Virus genome (UHGV): UHGV-1351279
From: a virus
Direction: 5' to 3' (one strand)
DNA: 64,000 nt
The translations under genes were made by a program, and so were the position numbers. The notes under the pieces are model-generated. The model did no database searches, was not told where the DNA came from, and saw only the letters and a program-made list of their open reading frames with translations. This document shows positions 1 to 13,600 of this stretch, piece by piece; position 1 is the first letter of the stretch; every line of letters starts with the position of its first letter.

Positions 1-1677
1 GGTTCATTAAATGAGAATGGAACACTTTCTAATTGGTTAGATGCAATTAGGTCTTATGCTTATAGAAAAGAAGATACTTGGCATAAGATGAAAGCTGACC
101 CTTATGGATTAAAGAGTTATGGCTATGAGCTTCAATGGCAGAACAAGAAAAAAGAGATGGATTATAAGAATCAGCTTGAAACACCTATTATAGCTGTTAA
201 AAAATCCTCTGATGCTTTACATGGTACACCAGAACAGTATCAAGATAAGGTTAAAGGTACAATGACTAAAATAGCAGAGTATAATAAAATACTTGCTCAA
301 TATGGTGGTGATGAAAAGAAAATACCAAAAGAACTTTTAAGAAACTTAAAGCCAACAGAAGAAGATAGAGAAATAGAAAGAGTTTGGAATAAACAAGTTA
401 ATAAAAACATCTATGATGCAGTTGAGTCTGGAGCTATTTCTAAAAACTTCTTTGAGAAATACGGAGTAAATGTTGATAGAATTAAAGACCTCATGAACAA
501 GGATAATATTTCAGATAAAGAAATAAAAGAGCTTGAAAATAGCTTGAGTCACATGAGAAAAGTTTTCGAGACAAGCTATAAAGATGAACTAAAAGAAAAC
601 AAGTATAAAAATCAACAAAGTGTATTTTTTGTAGATGGTAAATATAGAAAAGTATTCCAAGACCAAGTCTTAGAAAAAGATTATACAGGTATAGGTGGTG
701 GATTTGTATATAAACCAGTAAAATATTATATAGATGAATCTGGTAAAAGAATTGATATAGATGATTCAAAATTGTATAGACCTGAAGATTTATCTAATAA
801 AATTTATTCATCTGCAAAGGAACAGATGGCTCAAAACTATAAAAACCAAAATAGAGCTATTACAACTTTTACAGTACCTATAGATTGGAAAGATAAAAAA
901 CTATCTGAACTTAAAAATGTTTTAGGTAGTAATACTAATGCTCTACAAGATTTTGTAGAAGGTAAAGTAAGACAACAAAATGGTAGAGATATTCTAAGTA
1001 GTGGAAAACAAGGTGAAATAGAAAGGTTTTGGTTTTGGGACACTAATTTTAATTCTTTTGTTGAAGCTGCTAAAGCTGTAATGAAAAATGGAGATGCTAA
1101 AGATATATTTGACCCTAACTTCTTTTCTTGGGAATATGTACCTGGTACAAATGGACAAGAATATCAAGTTACTATAGCAAGTAATGAAAGTGTAAAAGGC
1201 AATGTAGATAATGGTAGAACTTCTTTTAGAATCAGAGCTAAAGGTATATCTTCAAATATAGACCAAGAATACTCAAAACAATACTATAGAACTGATTTAC
1301 CTGAAGAGGATAAGCAAGCTTTACTGAAACAAAACCCTTTTAGACAAAACTTCTTAGCTAAAAGTATTGAAAATTTTGGAGAAACATCTGATATAGGATA
1401 TGGTAAATCTACTGTGGATTATTCAAATGTATTGCCAGGTTTTAAAGCTGATATAATTAAACAAAGAAGTAAAGATGAAGGTGGTGTATATCATGATTAT
1501 TATGTGATAAAACCTAATTTTTCTAATGAAAACCTAAACAATCAAGCAAGACAAGTTTTTGGTGATGGCTATGCTGTAACTAATCAACAAGAAGCAGAAG
1601 AAATATTTGGTCTTTTTTATGATGGTATAGTAAATAGAGACCAATCAAGTTTAAATGTTTTAATGAATAAAAAATAA
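1..1677 (+). CDS. virion/structural protein, 5' partial (reading frame open from nt 1; ORF track start at 88 is an internal Met)
   Basis: Frame of the 88..1677 ORF has no stop back to nt 1. Stop TAA lies 1 nt before the ATG of the giant ORF. No recognisable catalytic motif. Confidence 0.45.
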   Translation, partial: GSLNENGTLSNWLDAIRSYAYRKEDTWHKMKADPYGLKSYGYELQWQNKKKEMDYKNQLETPIIAVKKSSDALHGTPEQYQDKVKGTMTKIAEYNKILAQYGGDEKKIPKELLRNLKPTEEDREIERVWNKQVNKNIYDAVESGAISKNFFEKYGVNVDRIKDLMNKDNISDKEIKELENSLSHMRKVFETSYKDELKENKYKNQQSVFFVDGKYRKVFQDQVLEKDYTGIGGGFVYKPVKYYIDESGKRIDIDDSKLYRPEDLSNKIYSSAKEQMAQNYKNQNRAITTFTVPIDWKDKKLSELKNVLGSNTNALQDFVEGKVRQQNGRDILSSGKQGEIERFWFWDTNFNSFVEAAKAVMKNGDAKDIFDPNFFSWEYVPGTNGQEYQVTIASNESVKGNVDNGRTSFRIRAKGISSNIDQEYSKQYYRTDLPEEDKQALLKQNPFRQNFLAKSIENFGETSDIGYGKSTVDYSNVLPGFKADIIKQRSKDEGGVYHDYYVIKPNFSNENLNNQARQVFGDGYAVTNQQEAEEIFGLFYDGIVNRDQSSLNVLMNKK

Positions 1678-1678
1678 T

Positions 1679-4600
1679 ATGGAAAAACCAAGTAACAATG
1701 ATAAAAAAGTAGCTTTAAATTCTTTATTTAATGCTATTGATAGAACTGTACAAGAAGATAGTAGAAAAAGAGTTGGTGGTCATAAAACAGTTAGAGACCT
1801 TGAAAAAACTTTAGGTATAAAAGCTAACTCTATATCTACTTATAATGACCAAATGTCAGAAGTAAAAAGACTTGTTGGTGCTGATGCTTTTGTAGATACA
1901 GGAATAGACTATACACAAAATCTTGCAGCTAACCAATCAGACTCTGAAGCTTTTACAAGAGGTGCTGCAATGCTTGGTAAAGGATTTGTTTCTGGAGCTT
2001 TACAAAGCTTTGCTTCATGGGATTTTGGTTCTATAAGAGATATGGCTACAGGAGATACCTCAAAGGAATTTGGAAATGCTCTTACTGAATCTTCATTAGC
2101 TAAATGGGCTAAAGACATGACAGGTTTAGAAATATACCAAAATGGAGATGATTTTGGTTCTTCTAAATATTGGGCAAGATTTATAGGACAACAAGGATTT
2201 ACTCTTGGTATTATGGCTGAAATGGCTTTAGAACAAGGTTTATTAGCCTATGTTACAGGAGGTGCTGGTAATGTTGCTGGAGCTGCTTCTAAGTCAAGAT
2301 TGATATATAATTTACTTACAGGAGTTAATGGTCTTTATGGAGGTGTTAGGGAAGCTTGGATGAATGGTTTAGAAACACAAGAGAATACATATAATAAGTA
2401 TATACAATTAGGATTTGACCAAGAAACAGCTAAAAAAAGAGCTTCTGAAGCTGCTGCCATAGGTTTTAGAATGGAAGTAGGTCCTATAATGCTTCTTAAT
2501 GGTATACAATCAATGGCTACTTTTGGTAGATTTGCTTCTAAAGGTTTAAATAAGGCTTTAGAAGAAAGTATGGATTTTGGTGTGTCTAGTGCTGTAGGTA
2601 AGTTAGGAAGTATATTTGAAAAATCAAGTAATAAATTTGTAAGAAATGCGGGAATGCTTTTTACAGATTCAGTTTCAGAAGGTGTAGAAGAAGGTTATCA
2701 AACTTGGGCTGGTAATTATGCTCAAGATGAATTACAAAAAAGGCATCTTGGTTTTGGTACAGATGAACCTTTTTGGAATGAAGAAATGAGAGACTCTATT
2801 CTAATGGGTGCTTTATCTGGAGGTATGATGGCTGGGTTTGGTAAAGCTGTACAAAAATTTGGTGATTGGTATAGTGGAAGAAGTAAAGCTATTAATGAAG
2901 CTACAGAAGCTTTCATGAAAGATGTTACAAGTAATTCTGTAACAGCTATAAAAGAACTTAATGATGCTTCTTTAGCTTATCAAAAAGCCTTTGAAACTTA
3001 TAATAAAGATAAAACTAAAGATAACAGAAAAGCTATGAATGAAGCTAAGAAAAACCTTATCATAGCTCAAGAAAAACAAGGTACAGCTCAAGTGTTAGAA
3101 GCTATGGAGTTGGACCATTTAAAAGGTAATGAGAATAATGAAGTATTTAATGCTCATATAGAACAGATAGATAATGCTATAAAAGCTCTACAATCCAATG
3201 ACACTGATAAATTAAAAGGTCTTGGATTTATAGATGAAAATGGTCAATCTGTAACAGGTCTTACTAATGCTGAAATGATAAAAATGCTACAATCTGATAA
3301 GGATAAAGCATTAAAAACTAAGAAAAGATTTGAAGACCATTACCAACATACTACTACAGACTTAGGTACTATTAAAAAATTAGTAACTATTGAAACTAAG
3401 ATAGATACCTTTGAAGAAATGAAAAAAGAAGTTGAAGGTAAGATTGGTAACTACAGAAATGGTAATCAAGTTTACTCTCAACTCTCTGAAGATGGTAAAG
3501 AACTTTATGGCCTTTATTTGAGAAAGAATGCTCTTGAAGGTCTTAAAGAAAGGGGAGGTATATCTAAAAATCAAGAAGTAGAACTTGATACTATTAATCA
3601 TAAATTACAATCTATAGCAGATGCCAATGGTAAGAAAAATGTAAATGATTTATACTCTGTTCAAGATGCAAATATTTTGAGGAGAGACATGATAGGTATA
3701 CAAGCTCAACAAGAGAATTATATAGAACATTATGCTTATGAGACTGAAATAGATAAGTTATATGAAAGTCTTGAGCATAATAGCAAGCAAGATGTCATAA
3801 AACAAAATATAAAAGAAAGAAGAAAAGCTCAAAGAGAAGCTGCTAAAGCTGTAAGAGATTTTAATAAACTTGAGAGAGAGCAAGAAAAAGAAAGAAAAAG
3901 ATTAGAGAAAGAAAAAGCTAAAGCTAAGAATAAAGAAGAGAAAGAGAAAGCTCAGAAAGAAATAGATGAGTTAGCTAAGGAACAAAAAGAAACTCAAGAG
4001 AAAAAAGATAAAGCTCAAAAAATAGAGTCTATAGAGAATGAGACAGGTAATAAAGCTTCTGATACGGAGAAAGAAGAACTTATAAATAATGGAAACTTTA
4101 TATATGCAGAGGAAGATACTGCATATAAATTTGATTTTGAAGAAGGGATTGTACCAGAAGAACCTACTAAAGAACCTACTGAAACTACAGACAATGCAGT
4201 AGAAGAAGCTATGAGTTTAAAAGAACTTATAGCTAAAGGGTTAATAAAATTAGGAGTACCTACACCAGCTGATGTATCCCCTTTTGATGATGATGGTGTA
4301 GATATTGATGCTAATAATGAAGACTTTGCTTTTACTCCTATAGATGATTCTGAACCTGTAATATATACAGAACCTTTTGAAATTATAGATTTTGATGCTA
4401 ATGCTAATCTTGAAGGGGATTTTGAAAGTAGGAGAGAAACTGCTATAAAATTTGTTCAAGAGATATTAAAAGAATTAGGATTAGATGAACCAGATTTTGA
4501 AGACTATATAAAATACTTTATAGATAGAAAAGGTAAAAAAATTACTGATGATGTGTTTCCTGGTCTTGTAAAAATGTGGGAATTAGCAGGCTATAGTCTT

Positions 4601-7600
4601 GATAATGTAAATTCAGTATATGATAAATTCTTCAATACTGCTACTGCTGCATCAGATTTTGCTTTAGAACTTATGAATAATGGAACTCTTGTCAACAAAT
4701 TTAATGAGGGTTCAGAAGCTACTGCTATAGCAAGTCAAGCTCCTGTAATAGCTACTAAAGGTAATAAAGTAATTAGAGATGATAGAGGAACATTAGGAGC
4801 TGGATTAGAAGTTATAGAGGATACAGCTACAGAAAATCCTAATCCTAAAGCAGCTCACTTAGGAGTGAAGTATGAAACAGTAACTCTACCTAATGGTGTT
4901 AAAGCTAAAAGATATTCTGAAGTAGAGCTTAATAATGACCCTTTTATAGATAATCATCTTGTACTTGATAAAGACTTTTTAAGTCCAGGAAGAGTACTTG
5001 ATGTTAGAGTAGCTGAAGATGCTTTAGTTACTGTATGGGATAAAGACTCAAATGGTAATAAGATAAAGAAAACTGTAAAATTTAAAGACTTAGGATTACA
5101 ACCAGGTACTCCAGAATATAATGCTAAAGTTCCTATAGTAGCTTACTATGGGGATAAACCTGTATTCTTTTTACATGACCATGAGTGGTATAATAGAACT
5201 AATATCTCTAATAGACATGGTATGCAGGACCAAATTATTAAAGATGGTTCAAGAATGATTAATGAGGTAAGAAGACAAATATTAGAAGGAGGTAAAACTC
5301 AAATCAAGATTACTGACAACCTTTTTGGTAATATGCTAAATTTAAGTAATGCTGCAAGAGAAAAAGACCAGCAACCTATAACTTTAAATGAAGCATCTAA
5401 AGGTTCTCAAATAGTAATTGCTGAAAAAACTAATACTATAAAAGCTGGAGGTGAGTTAGTACCAACAACAGACTTAGTCAATGACTTTGAGAAAAACCCT
5501 TTAATTCCAGGTGCTGCCTATGAGATAAGAGAAATAGGTGATGGTAAAAAAATATTACTTTCTGTAGCTTCTAACAGAACAGGAGAACTTGACAGTATGC
5601 CTGATATAGGATATAATACAGTTAAGTTCGGGATTATTGCTGCCTTTTATTTACTAAATAAAAATGACAGTAGATTTGAAAGTACAACAGCAGGTATTAC
5701 TAAAAAGAATAATGTTGTACACCCTACTATTGAAATAAAAAATGCTGATGGTACAGTTGAAAAAAGGATAGTAACTGTAAAACAAAAGCTTGAAAGTATG
5801 GGTATGACTGAAGATAAGGCTAAAAAAATAGCTGATGCTATACATATTGCTTATGGTATAGATATCTTAGAAGATGCTCATCTTTTATTTGAACTTTTCA
5901 CTACTACAGCAACAGGAAAAACAAGTAAACAACAGTTTTTCCAAAATGCTACTAATCCTAATAATAAACAAAAAGTAATATTACTACCTAAGAAAAGTTC
6001 AGAAGGTAAAATATCAGTTAATTATCATGTAAAAGGGTATAGTACTGCACCTGTAACTCTTAGTGGTAAAAACCTAAATGCTATTGAAATGAAACTTAAT
6101 GTAAAGCCTGATGACCAGGAAGGTTTTATAAGTTTCTTTAATTTCATGAATGCTTTGTTTAGACCCTCTAAAGAAGACGCAGAAAAAGGTATTACTAAAG
6201 GTGCTTTTTCTTATAATAACTTTATGCCTAATGATAAACAATTAGGCTCAGAAAAAACTTTAGTAAATATAACCAACAATGGAGAAATTACATCATACCA
6301 ATCTACTAATGGAAACAGCACTTACTCAGATTTTGCTAAAGACACTTTAAAAACAAATATTAAATCTTTTGAAATAGAAGGAGCTGATGGTAATAAAAAA
6401 AGTATATTAGATATACAACCTATGATTTATTATGAAGTAGTAGATGGTGAAGTCACTGCACCTCAAGCTACTTCAGCACCTAATGTAACTCCTATTACTC
6501 CTACTATAACTCCTCCAAAACAAGAAGTTAATGTAGGTCAAGTAGTAACTGCTGCTAAAGAAGAGGGTGAGCAATCTGATTTTACTAAGAGAAAAGCTGA
6601 AGCATTAAAATCAGTTGAGGAAATGAAAAAACTTATAGGTACTGAAGTAGGAGGTAAAATTTTTACTGAAGAAATGTATAAAAATGCTTTAGATTTTGCA
6701 CTTTCTGAGTTTAATGAAGACCATGATGCTTCTGTATCTATAACAATGAATCAGTATCATCTGATTCAATCCACTAAGAATAATAGAATTGATGGTATCT
6801 CTATATTAGAAGAAAATGAATTACTAAATACTTTGTTTTATAGTACTCTTGAAAGAGTTAATTTAAATAAACATGAGGTAACTCTTAGCAGTATTCAAAG
6901 GTCTTTATACAATAGCTTAAAAATAATTGAAGAAAGTAAAGAGCAGTTTGAAATTATGGCTAAAATAAACCCTGTATTAGCTTCAAGAATGAGTGCAAGG
7001 GTTGAAAAACTAAAAGCTATACTTAATCAAAAAGAGAAACTTATAGGTAAAGATGGTTCTCTAATGATTATGCTTAATAGGTTTTTTGGTGAAGAGATTG
7101 AATTTAATGAAGAAGCTCTTGAAGATAGTGATGAAAGTATTATATCTATACAAGATGGAGATGGTACTGAAAAGAACTATTCTGAATCCTCTTTAGAAAA
7201 AAATGTAAAGATAACTTTTAGTAGTAGTCTTAAAATCCTTTTAGCTCGTGTAAAAGCTAAGAACAATCAAGGAACTAATAAACTTAACTCACTACAATTA
7301 CCTATGTTTGAAGACATAGACAATGTAGTTATGACTTTACAGGAAGTATTAGTTAAGGGTAATTCTGACTTTGATTTTGTATTACAAGAATTAAAAAATA
7401 GAGGTAAATCTACAAGACCTAATGCTCAAGTATATGCTGAGCTACATAGGTTATTTGCTGATGCTCCAAAGCACATACAAAATGAAATTTTGTATAAAAT
7501 GACAAGTGATGTTCTTAGTATGTATATGATTCTTATGCAAGAAGGAGCCTATAATAATTACACTAAACTTGCTTTACAGAATGCTAATAGTTCAGCTTCT

Positions 7601-10600
7601 GATATTAGACTTGTTAGAGAATGGAAAAACAACTTTTTAAACTCTGAGCTATTCTTTGAGAAAGATGGTGAAAAGTATTATAACATGGAAAGGGTTGATC
7701 TTTTGAATAAAGAGATTAATAGCCTAAGAAATGACTATAAAGAACTATTAGTTGATAACCCTGAACATGTACAGAAACTTAATAGTGTATTAAGGAAACT
7801 TGGAATAAACCTTTCTGAGAATACACTAAAAGAACTTCTATCTACAGAAGGTAATAATTTATTGAGTAATGTTGGTTCTTTAAGCCACATACAAAGAGTG
7901 TTATATGAAGTAAACAGTTTTTATCAAACACCAAGAAAAGACCCTAATACAGGTAAAGAAATACATATTAACCCTAAATATACAGATGAAGGTTTATCAC
8001 TTTATGATGTTGAAGCTACTAATATAAGAAATAATTATGCTAACTTAGAGATTGATTTAAATGGTTCTATAATAGAAAAATCTTATAGGGTAGCAGGAAA
8101 GACTATTCAAGGTACTATACAAAAAATGATGGCTTATGATGCAGTATTTGAACTTAAAGATAGTAGTAACCCTAAAGCAGAACAATTATTACAAGTACCA
8201 TATTCTTCAAGAAACTATATGCTTAGAATGATGGTTCCTGAAGATAGTAAAAAAGAAGATAGTGTTAGAAAAGCTGAAGAAATTAGAAATAGATTTGATA
8301 TAGGATTTGTATCTCTTGAAGCTATTAAAGAAAGACATAAGAAAACATTTGGAAGTAGGAAAATTACAGATATTCCAGATACTGATAATGTATTAGCTCA
8401 ACTTGGTTTCTTTCAAAATACAGTAAAGAAATTAACTCATAAGATACCTGGTTACAAGAGTTTATCTTTTAGATTAGCTAAAGTAATGAACCCAACTCTT
8501 TCTGATAAAAACCAAATGTTACTCTATGACATGGCTGTTGTAGATGTAACTAACTCTGTATTGTCTAATACTTTTGCTGATAAAGGTAATAAATATAATA
8601 TAGGAGAGGATTTATTAAACTTTCTTACAGACCAAATATTTGAATCAGAACTTGATAGAATCATTAGTTCCTTTAAGGAAAAGACTAATATAAAGAAGTA
8701 TGATAAAGCAGCTCAATTCTTTTTAGCTTTCCCTGGTTTCAATACATTAGAACTCACTATGGAAGATGGTACTAAAATGTCCCTTATAGAGTTCTTACAT
8801 ATAAATAAAGGATTAGCAAAAGGTGAAGAAAATATAGCCATAAAAAGACCAGCTATAAGAGAAGCAGCAAAACAGTACTTAGCAGACCTTGTAAAAGAGA
8901 AGGTTAAGGATAAAGTAAATTTTGACAATAACACAGGAGAATGGTTTGATAATAACTTTATTAGTTTTGATGAGAAAGGAGTAAATTTTGAGAATAATTT
9001 CCTTGATGATTCATACCTTGCATCTAAGGTAAAAGGTTCTCCTGAAAAAAGTGTTGAGGTAGCAGCTTATGATTTTGTCATAAACAACATGTTAGCTCAA
9101 AATAATGTCTATCAAATGATAGCTGGAGATACAGCTTTATATTCTGAAAACCCTTCAAAATTTGCAGATAAAAAAGAGCCTAAAAACATAAGTAAGATAG
9201 ACTTTGTAGGACTTGCTAAAAAAACTGCTGAAAATATAGATAAGCGTATGGCAATGTTAATAGCTCCAGGAAATAAATTAGCTAATAGTTTGCATGAGAA
9301 ATATCTTCAAATTATGGTTAATGACCCTGTAACTATTACAAGTACTTCAAGACAACTCATAAAACAATACTATGGTGAGGTTACAAAAGAAAATGAACAG
9401 GTTATAGCAGCTATTGAGGAGTTTGAAGAAAAAGCTGAAAAAGCAAGAGGAGTGTATCTTGATGAATTAAGAAATGAATATAATAACAAGTATGTAAAAA
9501 TCAATGATAAATTTGTATCAGTTGATAGTGATGGTGAAATACACTATTCAGACTCAATAGAAGCAGCAGAATCTTTAGGAAAAGTACTTAAAGGTGTTGA
9601 TGGCTATCAAACCTTTTTAAAGGAAAATAATAAGGAAATAGGAGACTATTTTGATATAGAGGGTACAGATGCACAGGAGCTTACTACATGGCAGGAACAC
9701 TTAGATATATTACTAAGACAAGGAAGACTTACTGAAGAAGAAAGAAATGATATAAAAGCAGTATATGATAAACTTTCTAAAGGTGAGACCTTAGATTCTA
9801 AGGAACTTAAAGTGGTAATGCAACCTATAAAACCTGTATATGCAGGAAGTACTATAGTTAGAAATGATAAGAATGAACCTATAGTAAACAGAGTTACCTA
9901 TATTAAGTCATCTTCTTTTCCATTATTACCACAGCTTACAGCAGGTCTAAAGATAGATGCTGTGAGAAAACACATGGAAAAATTACAAGAACACCATAAA
10001 GGTAATAGGAAAGTAAGGCTATCCTTCCAAACAGCAAATAAAGTAGGTTCTATTGATTCTACTCTATCTATACATGACCTTTATAATAAAACATTTGATG
10101 AGCTATTCAATAAAAGTACTTTACTTAATGATAATACTTTAGAGCTTGAAAGGAAACATTTTAAGATACAGCAGGATACTCCTTACAAGACAGATAAAAA
10201 TATGGCTAAAGGTAAAGATGATTCTATTATTATGGGTTCTCAGATGTGGAAGATAATCTTAGGAAATGGTATCAATAAAATAGAAGAAGCTATATTTCCT
10301 AATACTTTTGATGCTGCTATCATTAATGAATATAACTCTCAAGTATCTGAGAAAGATAGGGTAGTTATAAACAGTACTAAGAGTAATCTTACAGGTAAAG
10401 ACCTTGATAAAATAAAGAGTTATGTAGAGAATAAGTACATAAGGAATGAGAAAGATAAACTTTATAGACAATTAGGTTTAGACCCTGAGACTAATAGACC
10501 AAAAGATGAAGCAAAGTTCATGAAAACTTTGCAAGAACTTCTTATATCTGAAGCTAAGAGTAGAAATTATACTGATGGTCTTTTAGATGGCTTAGAAGTA

Positions 10601-13600
10601 TTTGAAGACTTAGAAAAGATAGATTTTAATATTCCTTTATGGTTATCATCAGGAAGTAATAAATTTGAAGCTTTACTTCAAGCTATCATATCTAACAGAT
10701 TGATTGTGTTGAAGTTACCTGGAAACTCTCACTATACTTCCTCTTCTGAAGGTTTTAGCTTTAGAAAAGAAGATATAGTATCTTTAGAATCTATCAATGA
10801 AAATAAGAAGTCTGGAATAGTATGGTTAGACCCTAATCATACAGGAGAGTTAAGAGCTACTACTAATGAGAATGGAACTCTAAAAGAAGCTGAAGTGCTA
10901 ATTCAAAGTAAGTTTAGAATTACTAAGGAAGATGGTACTACAGAGCTTATAGATTTAACTAAAACTCCTTATAGTGAAGAAGATAAAGCAACAGGTAAAA
11001 AGGTATTAAATAAAGAAATGATAGACCAGGCATTACTCTCTATGTTTTCTTTCCGTATACCTACTTCATCACATCAGTCAGGAGCTATACTTAAAGTAGT
11101 AGGTTTCTTACCTGAAGCAAGTGGAGACTTAATTGTAGTACCTAAAGAACATACTAAACAAATTGGGGAAGACTATGATATTGATAAGAGAAATATTTAT
11201 AAGTCTAATTATGTAGTAAGAGAAAATGGTAAGATAGAGAAACTTACTTCAGCTAATATTGAAGAAATAGTAAAAAAGAAGACTAAGAACTTACAGACAC
11301 AAATTGATGCTTTGTATGATGCTGTTGGTAAAGAGTTTGCTAATAATAATAAAGTAAATGAAGATTTATCTTATTTAAGTATAGATGAACTTAGAGATAT
11401 GGTTTATGACGTCTTTGGTATAGATTTAGATGAAGAAGGTATTATAGATGATAAAGAGGTAAGAAAAGTTGCTAAAGAAAACATACTTAAAAAGAATGCT
11501 GAAAAGATTAAGACATTACATGATAGCAAACATAAATTACAGTGGAATAAATACTTTGTAGAAAAAACAACAAGAGAGAGCTTAGAAAAGAAACTCCTTG
11601 AAAATGCTATGATTGATGTTTATAAGTCTGTATATCTAACTACTAATGATAAAGTACAAAAGAAGATAAATAAAGTTTTGTCTTTTGAAGTAGCTGGAGA
11701 AACTGCTAAACTTATAGATAAGAAACTAAACTCAATGGAAAGTACTAAGTACTTTACTATATATGATGATTCTTATCAAAGGAAACTTATGAGATTAGGT
11801 TCTACAGGTAAATTAGGTATCTCTGTACATAGTAACACTGTAACTTTCTTATCTCAAATACAGAGGTTAGATAAACCTATTATAGTTAAGAGAACTGTTT
11901 ATGATGAAAAAGGTAAACCCAGACTTGTAAACAGTGAAATGGAACTTGATGGTTTACCTTCTGATGGTACTTTAGGAGGATTTAATAATGAGTTCAAAAC
12001 CCTTGATGGTATGAGACTTATTTCAGATGTAGTTGGAGAGAACCAAAACTCTGCTACAGATAATGTGAAAGCTCAAATCATGGGTAAGAGAAATGAAAAT
12101 GCTTATACTATTAATGTACTTACAATGCTTAATCTTAGAGGTTATGACATGACTAAGAATCCTGTAACATTAGATAATGGTAAAAAGCAACATTTACAGC
12201 TTACTTCTTTATTCTTATCTCAACCTATTCTTAGAAGATATGTGGAGTTACAAGAGAAGTATAAGTCTCTTACTTCTGGATATGTAAAAGATAAAGAAAA
12301 TGAAATTATAAGACAACTTATAAGAGAGTTTGATATTATAATTCCTGATAGTACTTTAAATAAGTTCAATAATGAAGGTGTTATTTTTAATGAAGAAGAA
12401 CTCAGAATACATGAAAAACAGATAACAGGTCAAGGTTTATACAATGGTCTTATAGATAATAAGAACACTCAAAATACAACTATGCAACTTGCTGTATTAC
12501 AAACATTCTTAAATCTTAAAAGAGAATCTGAAGAAATAGGTGAATATCAGAAACTGATAAGTATGAACTCTACTAAACTTGGTATATCTTATTTCAACAC
12601 CTTAGATAGAATAGAGATTTTAAGAAAATTGAATAATGAACAAAAGTTTGAAAATATCCAAAGCCTTGTAGGTGATTTTGAAGTAGTAGATTTTGACCTT
12701 CCTAATGAAGTAATTAAAGAGAGAATAAGAGAACTTAAAGATGATGGTTATGTATTGTTTAATTACATTACTCCTATTGCTATAAAGCCAACAACACCAG
12801 AAGGAACTATGCTTATACACAGTTTGAAAACTTCTGAAAGTGTTTTTGATAAGTTGTATCCATATAAAAGTGCTACTGTAAAAGATATAATTGAAAAAAT
12901 AACTGAGATTGCTGGTAAGACAGACCTTAGAGGAGAGGCTTTAAATGATTTGAGATATACTATAATGCAGGAGTTTAAAGAGTTTATATACTCTTCTAAG
13001 AACAGTGGATTATTTGAAGATGCTACAGTAAGAGAAGAAAGGGAAAGATTATTCTTTGACAGAGCAGGTAATGAATCTTTGGCTTCTTTTATAAACAGAC
13101 TTCAAAAAATGGACAATAACTTCCTGAAGAATAATGAGTTTATAAGAAGTTTACAAGCTGATGTAAGTCTTACAGGAGGTGTATCTACTATAAAGAACCT
13201 TTTTGAAGAGATGGATAAGTTCTCTCAAAGTAATAGATATAATGATTACTTGAAGATGCTTCAAGACAATGACACTATCATAGGAGAATGGAATGGTTAT
13301 AAAGTAACTCCTTTCCAATTAGCTCAAGAATTAGCTACTTATGCTTACTTTGCTGACCAAGAAGGGGGTGCTACAGGGTTTAGAAATAACATCAATGCTA
13401 ATTATCTTAATGTTATAGGATTTTCTAAATATCTCAGAGATGTAAATAATGAAATATTTGGTACTATAGTTACTGATGCATTTTCTGATAAATTTGTGGA
13501 ACAATTCTTTCAACATAATCCTGACCAAGCTATAACCCTTAGTCAAGATAAGTTAAAGAAACTTATAGGTGCTAAGGACAAGTTTGAAAGCATACTTATA